The notes: generated by a model not told the origin, from the letters alone. Positions 40,295 to 50,862 are shown, numbered from the stretch's first letter. The stretch is DNA of 64,000 bases from Trueperaceae bacterium (GCA_035703635.1 DASSXV010000021.1:1-64000), one strand, 5' to 3'. A program made the numbers and translations.

Positions 40295-40873
40295 CTAATC
40301 CTCCTCGTCGTCCTCATCCACTACCTCGCCCAGATCGGCGAGTAGTTCCTTGTACAGCCGCAGCGTGAAGTCGCGGATGGCGTTCAGGGCGGCGTCGCCG
40401 CGCAGGTCCGCGCTCACGCGGCGCTCGGCCGCCTGGATCACGGCTGCCAGCACGTCATCCACCATCGGCCAGGGACCCTGGAACGGGGCGTCATCGTCCT
40501 CACTCGCTTGGTTAGGCGCGGCGCCAGCCGGCTGAGCCTCGGCAGGGGTGGGCGCTGCGACCGCGTGAGAGCGAGCTGCCCGACTCTCCTTCGTCTGGGC
40601 CAGCGCTCGCGCCGGCGCCGCTTTGCTGCCTTTGCCCGTGGTGTTTCCTTCGTTATCGCGCTTGGCGAGCGCGGCCAGCGCCTCCTCGGCTGCGCGGCGC
40701 TCGGCGTCGCGCTTCGAACCGCCTTGGCCGGTGCCAAGTAGGTCGCCTGCGATGGTCACGTCGCTAAGGAAGGACGGCTCGTGCTCCGGTCCGGTCTGCG
40801 CGGTGTCGAACTCTGGCCGCTCGAGGCCGAGCTTCTGGGCGCGCTCGATCAGCAACCCCTTGGGGTGCGCCAT
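40295..40873 (-). CDS. stand-alone double-stranded RNA-binding domain protein
   Basis: PKGLLIERAQK...GPEHEPSF...GQGGSKRDAERRAAEEAL; GAGGAG RBS before ATG at 40873. Confidence 0.85.
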   Translation of the reverse strand: MAHPKGLLIERAQKLGLERPEFDTAQTGPEHEPSFLSDVTIAGDLLGTGQGGSKRDAERRAAEEALAALAKRDNEGNTTGKGSKAAPARALAQTKESRAARSHAVAAPTPAEAQPAGAAPNQASEDDDAPFQGPWPMVDDVLAAVIQAAERRVSADLRGDAALNAIRDFTLRLYKELLADLGEVVDEDDEED

Positions 40874-41091
40874 GTTTACTCCTCTAACGCTGCGAGATAC
40901 CTGGTCTACGGCTCTGCCGCTGTGCCCTCGCAGCAGCTGCCGGGCTCCCGCCGTTGCCCTCGGCCGCCTCCATGCCATGTGCGGCGGTGCGGATGCGTTC
41001 AAGGGTGACGCCGCGAGCCCGGCAGCTGCAAGGGCAGGGTAGCACGGCGCCGGGCGCGCACTAGGGCCACGCTTGCGCTACCATTGGCGCC

Positions 41092-41757
41092 ATGACCCGC
41101 TTGCTCCTGTGCGACGACCACGCCATGTTCCGCCAAGGCCTCCGGAGCATCCTCGAGACGGAGGACGACTTCAGGGTGATAGGTGAGGCCTCTACCGGGC
41201 GTGAGGCGGTGCGTTACGCCATCGAGACGCGCCCAGACGTCATCCTCATGGACATCCAGATGCCCGAACTAGACGGCGTAGCTGCCACGAAGGCCATCCT
41301 CTCCGAACAGCCTGACGCGCGCGTGATCATCCTCACCATGTACCGGCAGGATCGCTATGTGTTCGAGGCGGTGAAGGTCGGTGCCCGCGGCTACCTCCTC
41401 AAGGACGCTGGTGCGACCGAGCTCGTCGAGGCCATCCGCCGCGTGGCGGCGGGGGAGACGCTCCTCAACGCCGAGATGGCGGCCTCCATCCTCGACGAGT
41501 TCCGCAAGCTCGGAGAGATACCCACCCACCCAGAGCACAAACTCAGTGAACTGACCGAGCGCGAGGAGGCCATCCTGAGGCTGCTGGCTCAGGGCGCGAC
41601 TAACCAAGAGATAGCCACGTCCCTCAACGTCAGCGAGAAGACCGTGCGTAACCGCCTGTCCGAGATCTTCTCCAAGTTGCGCCTCAACAACCGCACCCAA
41701 GCGGCCCTCTACGCACTGCGCGAGGGCATCGCCTCCTTGCAAGACAGCGAGCAGTGA
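41092..41757 (+). CDS. NarL/LuxR-family response regulator
   Basis: CDDH, LMDIQMP, GYLLK, LuxR HTH. Confidence 0.95.
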   Translation: MTRLLLCDDHAMFRQGLRSILETEDDFRVIGEASTGREAVRYAIETRPDVILMDIQMPELDGVAATKAILSEQPDARVIILTMYRQDRYVFEAVKVGARGYLLKDAGATELVEAIRRVAAGETLLNAEMAASILDEFRKLGEIPTHPEHKLSELTEREEAILRLLAQGATNQEIATSLNVSEKTVRNRLSEIFSKLRLNNRTQAALYALREGIASLQDSEQ

Positions 41758-42860
41758 GTCCCCGCCGCGCGTCTCCAGACGACGCGGCCGCGTTACGGGA
41801 GTTGTTGCTTGCGCTCGCCCAGACGCCCGCTCCTACCGGGGCCGAGGCCGCGCGCGCCGCTCTCGTCATGCGGCTCTGGTCAGAGGCGGGGCTAGAGCCG
41901 TGGCAGGACGAAGTAGGGAACGTGCTCGCGGAGGTCGGCGCCGCCGCCGCTGGCGCGAGGCGCGTGGTCGTAGCTGCTCACCTAGACAGTGTGTTCGGCC
42001 CGGAAGTGGACGTGACGGTCAAGCAGGCTCCTGGCCGCTGGAGCGGCCCAGGCATCGGCGACAACGCTGCCTCGCTCGCCGTCCTAACGCGCTACCTGCA
42101 GACGCGTGAACGCAGCGACCGTGCCGCCAGGCCAGCCATGCTCGTTGGGGCGACCGTGGGGGAGGAGGGCCTCGGTGACCTGCGTGGCGCCCGCCACCTC
42201 GTGGCCGGCGCGGGCAGCGGCGCGAGCGCCTTCATCGCGTTCGACGGGCTGCTAGGAACCATCACCGACGTGGCGGTAGGCTCGCGGCGTTACGAGGCGC
42301 GCTTCTCGGCGCAGGGCGGGCATTCGTGGGGAGACTACGGCGCTAGCAGCGCCGTGCACGCGGCGGGCGCCGCCATCGCGGCCCTCGCGCGCTTGCCCGT
42401 GGCACGCGTGCCGCGCTCGAGTCTCAACGTAGGCCAGATGTGGGGCGGCACTAGCGTCAACGCCATCGCGGAGACGGCCGGCTTCAACCTCGACCTGCGC
42501 AGCGTCAACTCCGCTACCTTGGCGAACCTCGACGCCGCCGCTGTCGGTGCCGTGCGTGCGGCTGCGGCCGAAGCGGGCGCGAACGTCGAGCTCGTGCTCG
42601 TTGGTGACCGTCCGGCTGGCGGTTCGAACAACGAGCAGCTCGTCGCTGCGGCCATGGCCGCTTACGCCGCCGTCGGCGTGGTCGGGCAGACCGCTGCAGG
42701 CAGCACGGACGCCAACCCGGCGATGGCAGCCGGAATACCGGCCATCGCCTTCGGTGGCTATCACGGTGGCGGCGCGCACCGGCTTGAGGAGTGGCTTGAG
42801 CCGGATTCCCTCGGCGTCGGCCTGATCGCGCTAAGCGAACTACTTGCGCGTTTGGCCTGA
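41754..42860 (+). CDS. M20/M25/M40 family metallopeptidase
   Basis: AHLDSV, GIGDN, GEEGLG, GGHSW, AHRLEEW. Confidence 0.88.
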   Translation: MSPRRASPDDAAALRELLLALAQTPAPTGAEAARAALVMRLWSEAGLEPWQDEVGNVLAEVGAAAAGARRVVVAAHLDSVFGPEVDVTVKQAPGRWSGPGIGDNAASLAVLTRYLQTRERSDRAARPAMLVGATVGEEGLGDLRGARHLVAGAGSGASAFIAFDGLLGTITDVAVGSRRYEARFSAQGGHSWGDYGASSAVHAAGAAIAALARLPVARVPRSSLNVGQMWGGTSVNAIAETAGFNLDLRSVNSATLANLDAAAVGAVRAAAAEAGANVELVLVGDRPAGGSNNEQLVAAAMAAYAAVGVVGQTAAGSTDANPAMAAGIPAIAFGGYHGGGAHRLEEWLEPDSLGVGLIALSELLARLA

Positions 42861-42881
42861 CTGCTGGGAGCTAACTGCCCG

Positions 42882-43409
42882 CTAGCTGTGGCCGTGGCTG
42901 CGCCGAGCGGCGAGCGCGAGGGCGTCGACGGCCTCGTTCTCAGGGTGGCCAGAGTGACCGCGGGTCCAAGACCAGCTCACGCGGTGACGCTTTTCTAGCT
43001 GCAGGAGCTCCTCCCACAGGTCACGGTTCTTGACCGGCTGACGGGCGGCGGTCTGCCAGCCGTTGCGTTGCCACTTCTTCAACCAACCGTCGGTGAAGGC
43101 CTTCTTCAAGTACTCGCTGTCGGTAACGATGGTCACGTCCGTGGGCTCGCTAAGCGCCTCGAGGGCGCGCACGGCAGCCGTCAACTCCATGCGGTTGTTG
43201 GTGGTGCCTGGCTCGTAGCCGGAAGCCGTGCTGCGGCCGCTCGCGGCGTCGAGCAGGTAAGCCCAACCGCCGTGGCCGCTAGCCGTGTCGCAGGAGCCGT
43301 CTGTGAAGGCCCTCGCGCTGGCGCGGGTCGTAACTGGTGCGGTCGCTTCGGCGTCAGCGCTGCCGAAAAGCGACGCTTGGCCCGTGGTTGACTTATTCGA
43401 AGGGCGCAT
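42882..43409 (-). CDS. rnhA: ribonuclease HI
   Basis: FTDGSC, TTNNRMEL, TDSEY, VKNRDLW, GHSGHPENEAVD. Confidence 0.95.
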   Translation of the reverse strand: MRPSNKSTTGQASLFGSADAEATAPVTTRASARAFTDGSCDTASGHGGWAYLLDAASGRSTASGYEPGTTNNRMELTAAVRALEALSEPTDVTIVTDSEYLKKAFTDGWLKKWQRNGWQTAARQPVKNRDLWEELLQLEKRHRVSWSWTRGHSGHPENEAVDALALAARRSHGHS

Positions 43410-43785
43410 GGTCGGACACTCTAACCTGGCGTTCGAGCACCACCACGGCGGCAGCATGATCGCGGCCGTGCGTGAGTGACAAGTGCGGCACCAGCCCCTC
43501 CGCGCGGCAGGCTTCCTCGAGCTTCGGCGTTAGGCGCAAGGACGGGCGGGCGCCCTCCTTGACCACCCACACGTCGCGCCAACCGAAAGGCTCGGACCAG
43601 CACTTCTGGAACGCCTCCTTGGCGGCGAAGCGGGCGGCCAAGCCCGGCACCGGGTCGGCGCGGCCGTCGAGGGAGAGCAGTTCCTCCGGGTGGAAGACGC
43701 GCTCGGCGAACCTCCCAGGGAAGCGCTCGAGCGCGCGCCGAATGCGCCACAACTCGACTAGGTCGATGCCGACGGCGACGATCAC
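43393..43785 (-). CDS. acpS: holo-ACP synthase
   Basis: VGIDLVE, AARFAAKEAF, LSLTH. Confidence 0.93.
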   Translation of the reverse strand: MIVAVGIDLVELWRIRRALERFPGRFAERVFHPEELLSLDGRADPVPGLAARFAAKEAFQKCWSEPFGWRDVWVVKEGARPSLRLTPKLEEACRAEGLVPHLSLTHGRDHAAAVVVLERQVRVSDHAPFE

Positions 43786-44477
43786 GCCATGAACTCCGTG
43801 ACGCTCGTTGCACCGGCGACGTAAGCGCGCTCCGTCATGCCGAGGAACAAACCGTGCTCGACGACGCCTGGCATGGCGGCGAGCTGGGCGGCGACGGCCG
43901 TGGCATCGAACGGCCCCGCGAAGCGCAGGTCGTAGATGACGTTGCCGTTATCCGTGAGGAACGGCGCGCCCTCCCTGACGCGCAGCTGCGGCTCGGCACC
44001 CAGCTCGGCCAGTAGCTGCGCGGTGCGCTGCTGCCCGAAACGCACGACCTCGACTGGCAGCGGCGCCTTCTCGCCAAGGTGAGTTACGCACTTGCTCTCG
44101 TCGCCGATCAGCACGAAGCGCGTAGCCGAGGCGGCCACGATCTTCTCGCGCGTCAACGCCCCACCGAGGCCCTTGATGGCCTGCAGGCCGGGCGTCAACT
44201 CGTCCATGCCGTCGATGGCGACGTCGACGCCGCCTGCCGGCAGCTCGATCATGCTCAGGCCAAGGCCACTCGCCTGCTCCTCCGTCTGGCGCGACGTCGC
44301 AACGCAGCGGATGTTCTGCAGGTCGCCGCGCTTCAGGCTCGCCGCGAGTTCGGCAACCAACCACCAGGCGGTGCTGCCGGTACCTAGTCCAAGCAACATG
44401 CCGCTCTCTACCAGGGTGAGAGCGCGCAGCGCTGCGGCGCGCTTCATGGCCTCGAGGCCCGTTGGGTTTCCCATCAT
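43782..44477 (-). CDS. rpiA: ribose-5-phosphate isomerase A
   Basis: GLGTGST, IDGMDE, IKGLGGALTREK, PGVVEHGLF. Confidence 0.95.
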   Translation of the reverse strand: MMGNPTGLEAMKRAAALRALTLVESGMLLGLGTGSTAWWLVAELAASLKRGDLQNIRCVATSRQTEEQASGLGLSMIELPAGGVDVAIDGMDELTPGLQAIKGLGGALTREKIVAASATRFVLIGDESKCVTHLGEKAPLPVEVVRFGQQRTAQLLAELGAEPQLRVREGAPFLTDNGNVIYDLRFAGPFDATAVAAQLAAMPGVVEHGLFLGMTERAYVAGATSVTEFMA

Positions 44478-44624
44478 GGCAGGGAGCATACCGTCAGGGA
44501 GGCTCTGCTCGCCGCGCACCGGCGCGCCCGGACGGCGGCCCGGAATAACATGCGCGGCCGCCCAGCCGGTATCCTGGGCCATGTGTTACCGGACCAGCCC
44601 GCCAGTTCGAACGGCAACGCCTCG

Positions 44625-45212
44625 TTGCTAAGCAACGAGCCGCTGCCACCAATCCTGCTGGCCAGCGCTTCACCGCGCCGCGCGCAGTTGCTTGCCAGCA
44701 TCGGCCTTAAGTTCGACGTGGCCGCCCCTGACATCGACGAGACCCCCGCCGCCGGCGAGGGGCCGGCAGAGCTGGTTGGCCGCCTGGCCCTAGCCAAGGT
44801 AGCGGCGCTTGCCCATGCATACCCGGATGCGCTCGTGATAGCGGCAGACACGACCGTTGCGCTCGGCGGCGAGATATTGAACAAGCCGGCGGATGAGGGC
44901 GAGAACCGCGCGTTCATCGAGCGGCTGGCGGGTCGCGAGCACGAAGTGTTCACCGGCCACGCCCTCGCGTTCCGCGGGCGAACGGAGACTGCCGTCGTGC
45001 GCACCGTCGTCGAGCTCCGCCCTTTGTCTGACGAGGAGATCGCCCGCTACTGCGCCAGCGGCGAGGGCCTTGACAAGGCAGGCGGCTACGGCATCCAGGG
45101 GTTGGGCGGCGCCTTGGTTTCCGGCGTTCGCGGGTGCTACGCGAACGTCATGGGCTTGAGCGTGGTCAACGTGGTGATGGCGGCGCGCCGCCTGGGTATC
45201 TCCCTTGTCTAG
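44625..45212 (+). CDS. maf: Maf family nucleoside triphosphate pyrophosphatase
   Basis: LASASPRR, IAADT, KP, DKAGGYGIQG, NVMGL. Confidence 0.93.
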   Translation: MLSNEPLPPILLASASPRRAQLLASIGLKFDVAAPDIDETPAAGEGPAELVGRLALAKVAALAHAYPDALVIAADTTVALGGEILNKPADEGENRAFIERLAGREHEVFTGHALAFRGRTETAVVRTVVELRPLSDEEIARYCASGEGLDKAGGYGIQGLGGALVSGVRGCYANVMGLSVVNVVMAARRLGISLV

Positions 45213-45987
45213 CTTGCTGCGCGCCTGGTACGTGTTCGTCGGCCTCGGGCTCTTCACGGTGCTGTTCACGGCGTTCGTCGGCGCGGTGCCGAGTGACGTC
45301 ACGGCCGCCATCGCGCTGCCGCACGAGCTACTTCACCGGGCAGGCACGAACGTGAGGTTGTCGCTCGAGAGCGCCGTCGATCGCCGCGACATGCGCGCGC
45401 TCCTCGCCGACCTGGAGGTGCAACTAGCCGCCGAGCGCGAGGCCGCACGCCAGCTCGAGCTCGAGGTTGGGCGGTACCGGGACGTCGTGAGGGTGGCGGA
45501 GGCGCAGTCGCCAGGGGTGCTCGGGACCGCCGCCGTCATAGGTGGCGACGCTGGCGCAGAGCTCGGCCGCCTGCGCGTTGGCCTCGGCGCGAACGAAGGT
45601 GTGAGCCGCAACATGCCCGTGACGGTTCCGACCGGGTTGGTTGGCATCGTCACCGAAGTCGCGAGCGGCAGCGCCGTCGTGCGCACGGTCGTTGACCCGC
45701 AGTCGCGCGTCGGCGTGACCGTGCGCGGCAAGGGCGGTCAGGGCGTGGCGATCGGCGAGGTAGGCGGCCTCGTGCGCGTGTCGCGCTTCATGCTCGAGCA
45801 GCCCGTCGTCGTCGGTGACGTGGTGGAGACGTCAAGCTACGGCGGCCTCTTCCCTGCAGGCGTGAGCGTCGGTGAGGTCGTCGAGGTCCTGCCGCCGGAC
45901 CCTAACGACCTGAGGCGCACGTTCATCGTGCGCCCCAGCGTGGAACTAGCTACTTTGCAGCAGGTCGTGCTCTTGGCCCCTCAGTAA
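45205..45987 (+). CDS. mreC: rod shape-determining protein MreC
   Basis: N-terminal TM, coiled coil, GLVG.V, GDVVETS..GGLFP.G..VG.V. Confidence 0.9.
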   Translation: MSSLLRAWYVFVGLGLFTVLFTAFVGAVPSDVTAAIALPHELLHRAGTNVRLSLESAVDRRDMRALLADLEVQLAAEREAARQLELEVGRYRDVVRVAEAQSPGVLGTAAVIGGDAGAELGRLRVGLGANEGVSRNMPVTVPTGLVGIVTEVASGSAVVRTVVDPQSRVGVTVRGKGGQGVAIGEVGGLVRVSRFMLEQPVVVGDVVETSSYGGLFPAGVSVGEVVEVLPPDPNDLRRTFIVRPSVELATLQQVVLLAPQ

Positions 45988-45989
45988 CC

Positions 45990-48515
45990 TCAGCCCTTTA
46001 TCACGAGGTTGACGAGCTTGCCGCGCACGACTATCTCGCGCACGATCTGCGACTCTCCCACGTAACGCGCGACGTTCGGCTCCGCCTTCGCCGCGGCGAG
46101 GATGCTGGCGTCGTCGGCGCTGGCGCTTACCTCAACCTGGCCCCTGAGCTTGCCGTTGACCTGCACGGCGAGCGTGAGGGTGTCCGCCACCAGCGCGGCT
46201 GGATCGAAGGTCGGCCAGGTCTGCAGGTGCACGGACTCCTTGTGCCCAAGGCGGCGCCACAACTCCTCCGTTATGTGCGGGGCGATGGGCGCCAGCAGGA
46301 GCAGCAGCGCCTCGACGCCTTCGCGCCAGGTGCCGCTGGCCGCGAGCCCGGCGGCGCGGGCCTTCTGCATGGCGTTCTGCAGCGTCATCAACTCGGCGAT
46401 GGCGGTGTTGAAGCGGAACGCCTCCATGTCCTCCGTGACTTCCTTGATGGCGTGGTTGACGGCGCGCCGCAACTCGGCCTCCGTGTACTCACCACCCTTG
46501 GTAGCGCCGGCGTCGTCGAGCGCGAGGTTCCAGACGCGGGCGAAGAAGCGCGCCAGGCCGTCGATGCCGCTGTAGCTCCACGGCGCCCCCTGGTCCCACG
46601 GGCCAAGGAACATGAGGTAGGCGCGAACGGTGTCAGCCCCGTACTGCGCCACCAAGTCGTCCGGGTTGACGACGTTGCCGCGCGACTTGGACATCTTCTC
46701 GTTATCCGAACCCAAGATCATGCCCTGGTTGCGGAGCCGCTTGAACGGCTCGTTCGCGGTCGTGAAGCCGAGGTCGCGCAGCACCTTGGTGAAGAAGCGC
46801 GAGTAGAGGAGGTGCAAGATGGCGTGCTCGATGCCGCCCGTGTAGGTGTCGACCGGCGTCCACTTGGCGGCCAGCTCGGGGTCGAACGGGCGGGTGGCGT
46901 CGTGGGGGCTGAGGTAACGGAACCAGTACCAGGACGAGTCTTGAAAGGTGTCCATGGTGTCGGTCTCGCGCCGCGCCGCGCCGCCGCAGTTCGGGCAGGT
47001 CGTCTCGAGGAACTCGGCGTGTGTCTTGAGCGGTGATTCACCCGTCGGCATGAACGCCACGTCCTGTGGCAAGATCACTGGCAGGTTCTCGAGCTTCTCT
47101 GCGACGATGCCGCACGAGTCGCAGTACACGACGGGGATGGGCGTGCCCCAGTAGCGCTGGCGGCTTATGAGCCAGTCGCGCAAGCGGTAGGTCGTCTGGG
47201 CCCTGCCGATGCCCTTGCCCTCCAAGTACTCGATGGCCGCGGCGATGGCCGGACTGGCCCTGCCCTTCTCGCCGTTGTGCGAGAGGCCGTCGAGCGGCCC
47301 GGAGTTGATCATGGTTCCTGGGCCGGCCCACGCCTCCTGAAGCTCAGCCGCGCGCAGCTCGCCGTCGTGCCCGGCCGGCTTGACGATGGGCACTATCTCG
47401 AGGCCGAACGCGCGCGCGAACTCGAAGTCGCGCTGATCGCCGTACGGCACGGCCATGATGGCGCCCGTGCCGTAGCCCATGAGCACGTAGTCTGCGATCC
47501 AGATGGGGATGCGCGCACCGCTGACGGGGTTGATGGCGTGGGCGCCGACGAACTCTCCAGTCTTCTCCTTGGTGTCAGCCATGCGGTCGAGGTCGGTCTT
47601 GTGGCTCGCCCGCTCGACGTACGCGCGCACGGCGGCGAGGCGCTCTGGCGTCGTGAGCTTCTCGACCAACGGGTGCTCGGGCGCGAGGACCATGAAGGTG
47701 GCGCCCCACAGCGTGTCTGGCCGGGTGGTGAAGACGACGATCTCGTCATCACCTTCCGTCTTGAAGGTGACCTCCGCGCCCTCGGAGCGCCCGATCCAGT
47801 TCGTCTGCATGGCCACGACGCGCTCTGGCCAGTCGAGGCCGGAGAAGTCGAGGAGCTCGTCGGCGTAATCGGTGATGCGGTAGTGCCACTGTGGCATGAG
47901 GCGCCGCTCGATGAGGGCGCCGGAGCGGTCACCACGACCGTCGATCACTTGTTCGTTGGCGAGCACCGTCTGATCGACGGGGTCCCAGTTGACGAACGAC
48001 TCCTTGCGGTAGGCCAAGCCCTTCTCGAGCATCTTCACGAAGAACCACTGGTTCCACTTGTAGTACTCGGGGTCGCAGGTGACGATGCGCTTCGACCAGT
48101 CGAACATCGCGCCCATCTGCTCGAACTGCTGCGTCATGCGGTCGATGCGCTCGTACGTGAGGCGTGCCGGGTGCACGGAGGTGTCGCCTGCGCGCGCGGC
48201 CTTGACGGCGGCGTTCTCTGCCGGAAGGCCGAAGGCGTCGTAGCCCATGGGGAAGAGGACGTTGAAGCCGCGCATGCGCTTGTAGCGCGCTGCGGCGTCG
48301 GCTGGCGCCTCGGCGTACCAGTGACCTATGTGCAGGTCGCCCGACGGGTACGGGTACATGGTGAGGAAGTAGTACTTCGGTCGGATGTCGTCGTGCAGGT
48401 CGACCTCGTAGAGGCCTTCTTCGCGCCAGCGTTGCTGCCACTTCTTCTCGACGGTCTCAGGCGAGTAGCGCTCGGCGTGCCCCGTGGGGTTGGCGCTGCC
48501 AATTGTCTCGGTCAT
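45990..48515 (-). CDS. leuS: leucine--tRNA ligase
   Basis: [13 protein letters not shown], editing domain [25 protein letters not shown]. Confidence 0.97.
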   Translation of the reverse strand: MTETIGSANPTGHAERYSPETVEKKWQQRWREEGLYEVDLHDDIRPKYYFLTMYPYPSGDLHIGHWYAEAPADAAARYKRMRGFNVLFPMGYDAFGLPAENAAVKAARAGDTSVHPARLTYERIDRMTQQFEQMGAMFDWSKRIVTCDPEYYKWNQWFFVKMLEKGLAYRKESFVNWDPVDQTVLANEQVIDGRGDRSGALIERRLMPQWHYRITDYADELLDFSGLDWPERVVAMQTNWIGRSEGAEVTFKTEGDDEIVVFTTRPDTLWGATFMVLAPEHPLVEKLTTPERLAAVRAYVERASHKTDLDRMADTKEKTGEFVGAHAINPVSGARIPIWIADYVLMGYGTGAIMAVPYGDQRDFEFARAFGLEIVPIVKPAGHDGELRAAELQEAWAGPGTMINSGPLDGLSHNGEKGRASPAIAAAIEYLEGKGIGRAQTTYRLRDWLISRQRYWGTPIPVVYCDSCGIVAEKLENLPVILPQDVAFMPTGESPLKTHAEFLETTCPNCGGAARRETDTMDTFQDSSWYWFRYLSPHDATRPFDPELAAKWTPVDTYTGGIEHAILHLLYSRFFTKVLRDLGFTTANEPFKRLRNQGMILGSDNEKMSKSRGNVVNPDDLVAQYGADTVRAYLMFLGPWDQGAPWSYSGIDGLARFFARVWNLALDDAGATKGGEYTEAELRRAVNHAIKEVTEDMEAFRFNTAIAELMTLQNAMQKARAAGLAASGTWREGVEALLLLLAPIAPHITEELWRRLGHKESVHLQTWPTFDPAALVADTLTLAVQVNGKLRGQVEVSASADDASILAAAKAEPNVARYVGESQIVREIVVRGKLVNLVIKG

Positions 48516-48590
48516 GATTTCTCCAGTATAGGGCGGGGTTCGCGCCTCGCGGCCGCAGGCCGTCCGCTAGAAGTAGAGTCTGGGTTCGCC

Positions 48591-48624
48591 AAAAACTCGA
48601 CCCCGGCAGCCGGGCCGGGGTCGA
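48591..48624 (-). terminator. intrinsic terminator in leuS leader
   Basis: Minus strand TCGACCCCGG-N8-CCGGGGTCGA-G-TTTTT. Confidence 0.85.
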
Positions 48625-48645
48625 CGCGCGTGAGGTCGTGTCAGT

Positions 48646-48717
48646 TCACCTCGGCGGCGCGTCGGGCCGCGTGGCTAGTCGCTCGGTTGCTGCCTTGCGC
48701 GCTGGCGCCTCGTTCAT
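48646..48717 (-). CDS. putative leuS leader peptide (23 aa, MNEAPARKAATERLATRPDAPPR)
   Basis: ATG 6 nt after a -10 box; stop codon just upstream of the terminator. Confidence 0.5.
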   Translation of the reverse strand: MNEAPARKAATERLATRPDAPPR

Positions 48718-48723
48718 GCGGGA

Positions 48724-48752
48724 ATGGTAGGCGCTGGGCGGTGCGCTGTCAA
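48724..48752 (-). promoter_or_regulatory. sigmaA-type promoter upstream of leuS leader
   Basis: TTGACA-17 nt-TACCAT. Confidence 0.8.
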
Positions 48753-48942
48753 CGGGCGGACAGGTGGATGGCGTTGGCCCGGAACCGCTCTCTGGCCCAC
48801 CTAGCGGCGGTGGGGTACTGGTAATCTTCTGGCAGCATCGGGTGACCTGCGAGCCGGCGCCGCACGACCTGACTTTAGGGACCAAGCCACCGGCGCAGGA
48901 TCAACCGCTAACTGAAATCTAGCGCGATGAGAGTTGGTAGCC

Positions 48943-50181
48943 GTGAAGACAGTGATCATTGGCGGCGGGACGATTGGGCTGCTTAGCGCCTACGAGTTGC
49001 GCCGCAGGGGGCGGGAAGTCGTCGTCATCGATCGCGGCGAGTTCGGCGCGGCCGCGTCGCACGGCAACGCTGGCTGGATAACTCCATCCCTCTCCGGCCC
49101 AGTGCCGGCACCGGGCGTCGTTTCCGAATCGATCAAGTGGATGCTCAAGCCCGACAGCCCGCTGTTCATCAGTCCGGCGGCCGTCCCGAGCATGGTCGGG
49201 TGGCTCTTCTCCTTCTGGCGGCATTGCAACGCCAAGGCGTACCGGGCGGGTTTCAACGCGCTGGCGGAACTGAACCAAAGGACCATGTCCGACTACGAGG
49301 CGCTGCAGGCCGCAGGGCTCGATTTCGGGCTGCATAAGAACGGTCTCCTGTTCGTGAGCTTGGACGACAAGCACCTCGACGAGCTCTACGCAGAGTTCGA
49401 GGACTTGGCCGGCTACGGCCTTGGAGAGCCCATCAGGTTCGACCGCGACGCCACGCTGCAGCGCGAACCTTCGCTGCGGCCCGTGGTCGCGGGCTCGGTG
49501 CTCATGCCTGAAGAGCGCCACGTGGAACCAGACGAGCTCAACAGGGCGGCCGTGGCCTGGCTCCGTGCTCATGACGTCGAGCTGCGTAGCGGCAGCTCCG
49601 TTACGGGCTTCCGGGTAGAGAACGAGACCGTCAAGGCGGTGCAGACCACGTCGGGCGACATCGACGCCGACCAGGTGCTCATCGCCACCGGGGCGGAGGC
49701 AGCGCGTCTGTCGCGAGCGATGGGCGCCCACGTGCCGATGCAGGCCGGTAAGGGTTACAGCATCACCATCGATAAGCCGCGCCTCACCGTCAACGGCCCC
49801 ATGTACATGCACGAGGCCAGGGTAGCCGTGACGCCGTTCGACAACGCGCTGCGCATCGCCGGCACCATGGAGCTCTCCGGCGTCAACACGCGGCTCGACG
49901 GGCGCCGCGTGCGGGGCCTCAAGAACTCCGCGCACAGGTACATGCTGGACTGGGAGCAAGGCGAGCACTCGGAAGAGTGGGTCGGCATGCGCCCCATACT
50001 CCCAGACGGGCTCCCCGTCATCGGGCGGCTGCCTAGGCGCAGCAACGCCTACATCGCGTCGGGTCACGCCATGCTCGGCATAACGCTTGGACCCACGACC
50101 GCCGCCGCCGTCGGCGAGCTGATGAACGACGAGGAGTCAACGTTCAACCTCGTGCCTTACGACCCAGCGCGCTTCAGTTAG
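48943..50181 (+). CDS. FAD-dependent D-amino acid dehydrogenase/oxidase family protein
   Basis: IGGGTIG, ASHGNAG, GKGYS, WVGMRP..PDGLPVIG, GHAMLG.TLGP. Confidence 0.88.
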   Translation: MKTVIIGGGTIGLLSAYELRRRGREVVVIDRGEFGAAASHGNAGWITPSLSGPVPAPGVVSESIKWMLKPDSPLFISPAAVPSMVGWLFSFWRHCNAKAYRAGFNALAELNQRTMSDYEALQAAGLDFGLHKNGLLFVSLDDKHLDELYAEFEDLAGYGLGEPIRFDRDATLQREPSLRPVVAGSVLMPEERHVEPDELNRAAVAWLRAHDVELRSGSSVTGFRVENETVKAVQTTSGDIDADQVLIATGAEAARLSRAMGAHVPMQAGKGYSITIDKPRLTVNGPMYMHEARVAVTPFDNALRIAGTMELSGVNTRLDGRRVRGLKNSAHRYMLDWEQGEHSEEWVGMRPILPDGLPVIGRLPRRSNAYIASGHAMLGITLGPTTAAAVGELMNDEESTFNLVPYDPARFS

Positions 50182-50287
50182 GCCGGCAAGTCTTGGCGCT
50201 GTGACGCGTGCACCACGAGACGAGCTGGCGGACACTACACTCGCGTGATAGTCCAATGATGCAAGAAGTGCGTGAGGAGCCAGAAGT

Positions 50288-50773
50288 ATGAAACGCCTGT
50301 CCTATGCGATCTTCGCAGCCGTTCTCCTGACGGTGGGGTTCACGGCTGCTGCCGCGGGTCCGCTGTACTACTTGAACGTCGACCTCGTCCGTGGCGCAGA
50401 AGGGGCTCCACAGGGCGCGGTGTGCGTTCCTAACAGCGTGTTCTTGCCTGGCGAGTCCATGGTGTGGCGCGCCAAGGTCTACGACAGCGCCACCGGCGCC
50501 GAACTGACGGCCGCACAGATCGAAGAGTTGGGGATCTCCATAGCCATCAGCATCAGCGACGGTCAGAACCTAGACCTCCACTACGCTGGCCACCCGCCCG
50601 GCGCGAACCTCGACTACTACTTCACGAACCACCTCATCATCCCGGACGACGAACCCGCCGGCACGCTGACGTGGACTGCTACCGCGAAAGACTCGAAGGG
50701 TAACAGCGCGACCTTCGAGCCCGTCGGGCAGAAGGCCGGCCTAGGCCTGCTCACCATCGCGAGCAAAGACTAA
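50288..50773 (+). CDS. secreted hypothetical protein (single Cys, His motifs)
   Basis: GAGGAG RBS, signal peptide, beta-rich mature part. Confidence 0.82.
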   Translation: MKRLSYAIFAAVLLTVGFTAAAAGPLYYLNVDLVRGAEGAPQGAVCVPNSVFLPGESMVWRAKVYDSATGAELTAAQIEELGISIAISISDGQNLDLHYAGHPPGANLDYYFTNHLIIPDDEPAGTLTWTATAKDSKGNSATFEPVGQKAGLGLLTIASKD

Positions 50774-50825
50774 ACGCAACCCGGAAGTCGTCGGCGCGCA
50801 GCGTTCCTAGCGTGCCGTTAACCGC

Positions 50826-50862
50826 AAAGCGGCAGCCCGCGCGAGACTCGAGCTGCCGCTTT
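50826..50862 (+). terminator. intergenic hairpin (weak terminator or RNA stabiliser)
   Basis: AAAGCGGCAGC-N15-GCTGCCGCTTT. Confidence 0.65.

Noticed and set aside
45205-45987. Missing mreB/mreD as a deletion
   Set aside because: maf-mreC is intact with no scar; the other genes may simply lie elsewhere.
48516-48760. T-box riboswitch before leuS
   Set aside because: No TGGNACC T-box sequence or stem I motifs, and the leader is too short.
47277-48824. Long antisense ORFs (also 4274..5230, 17817..18989, 31075..32028, 48919..50067, 51351..52484 and other shadow frames)
   Set aside because: Antisense or alternate-frame shadows of well-supported genes, expected in high-GC DNA, with no motifs.
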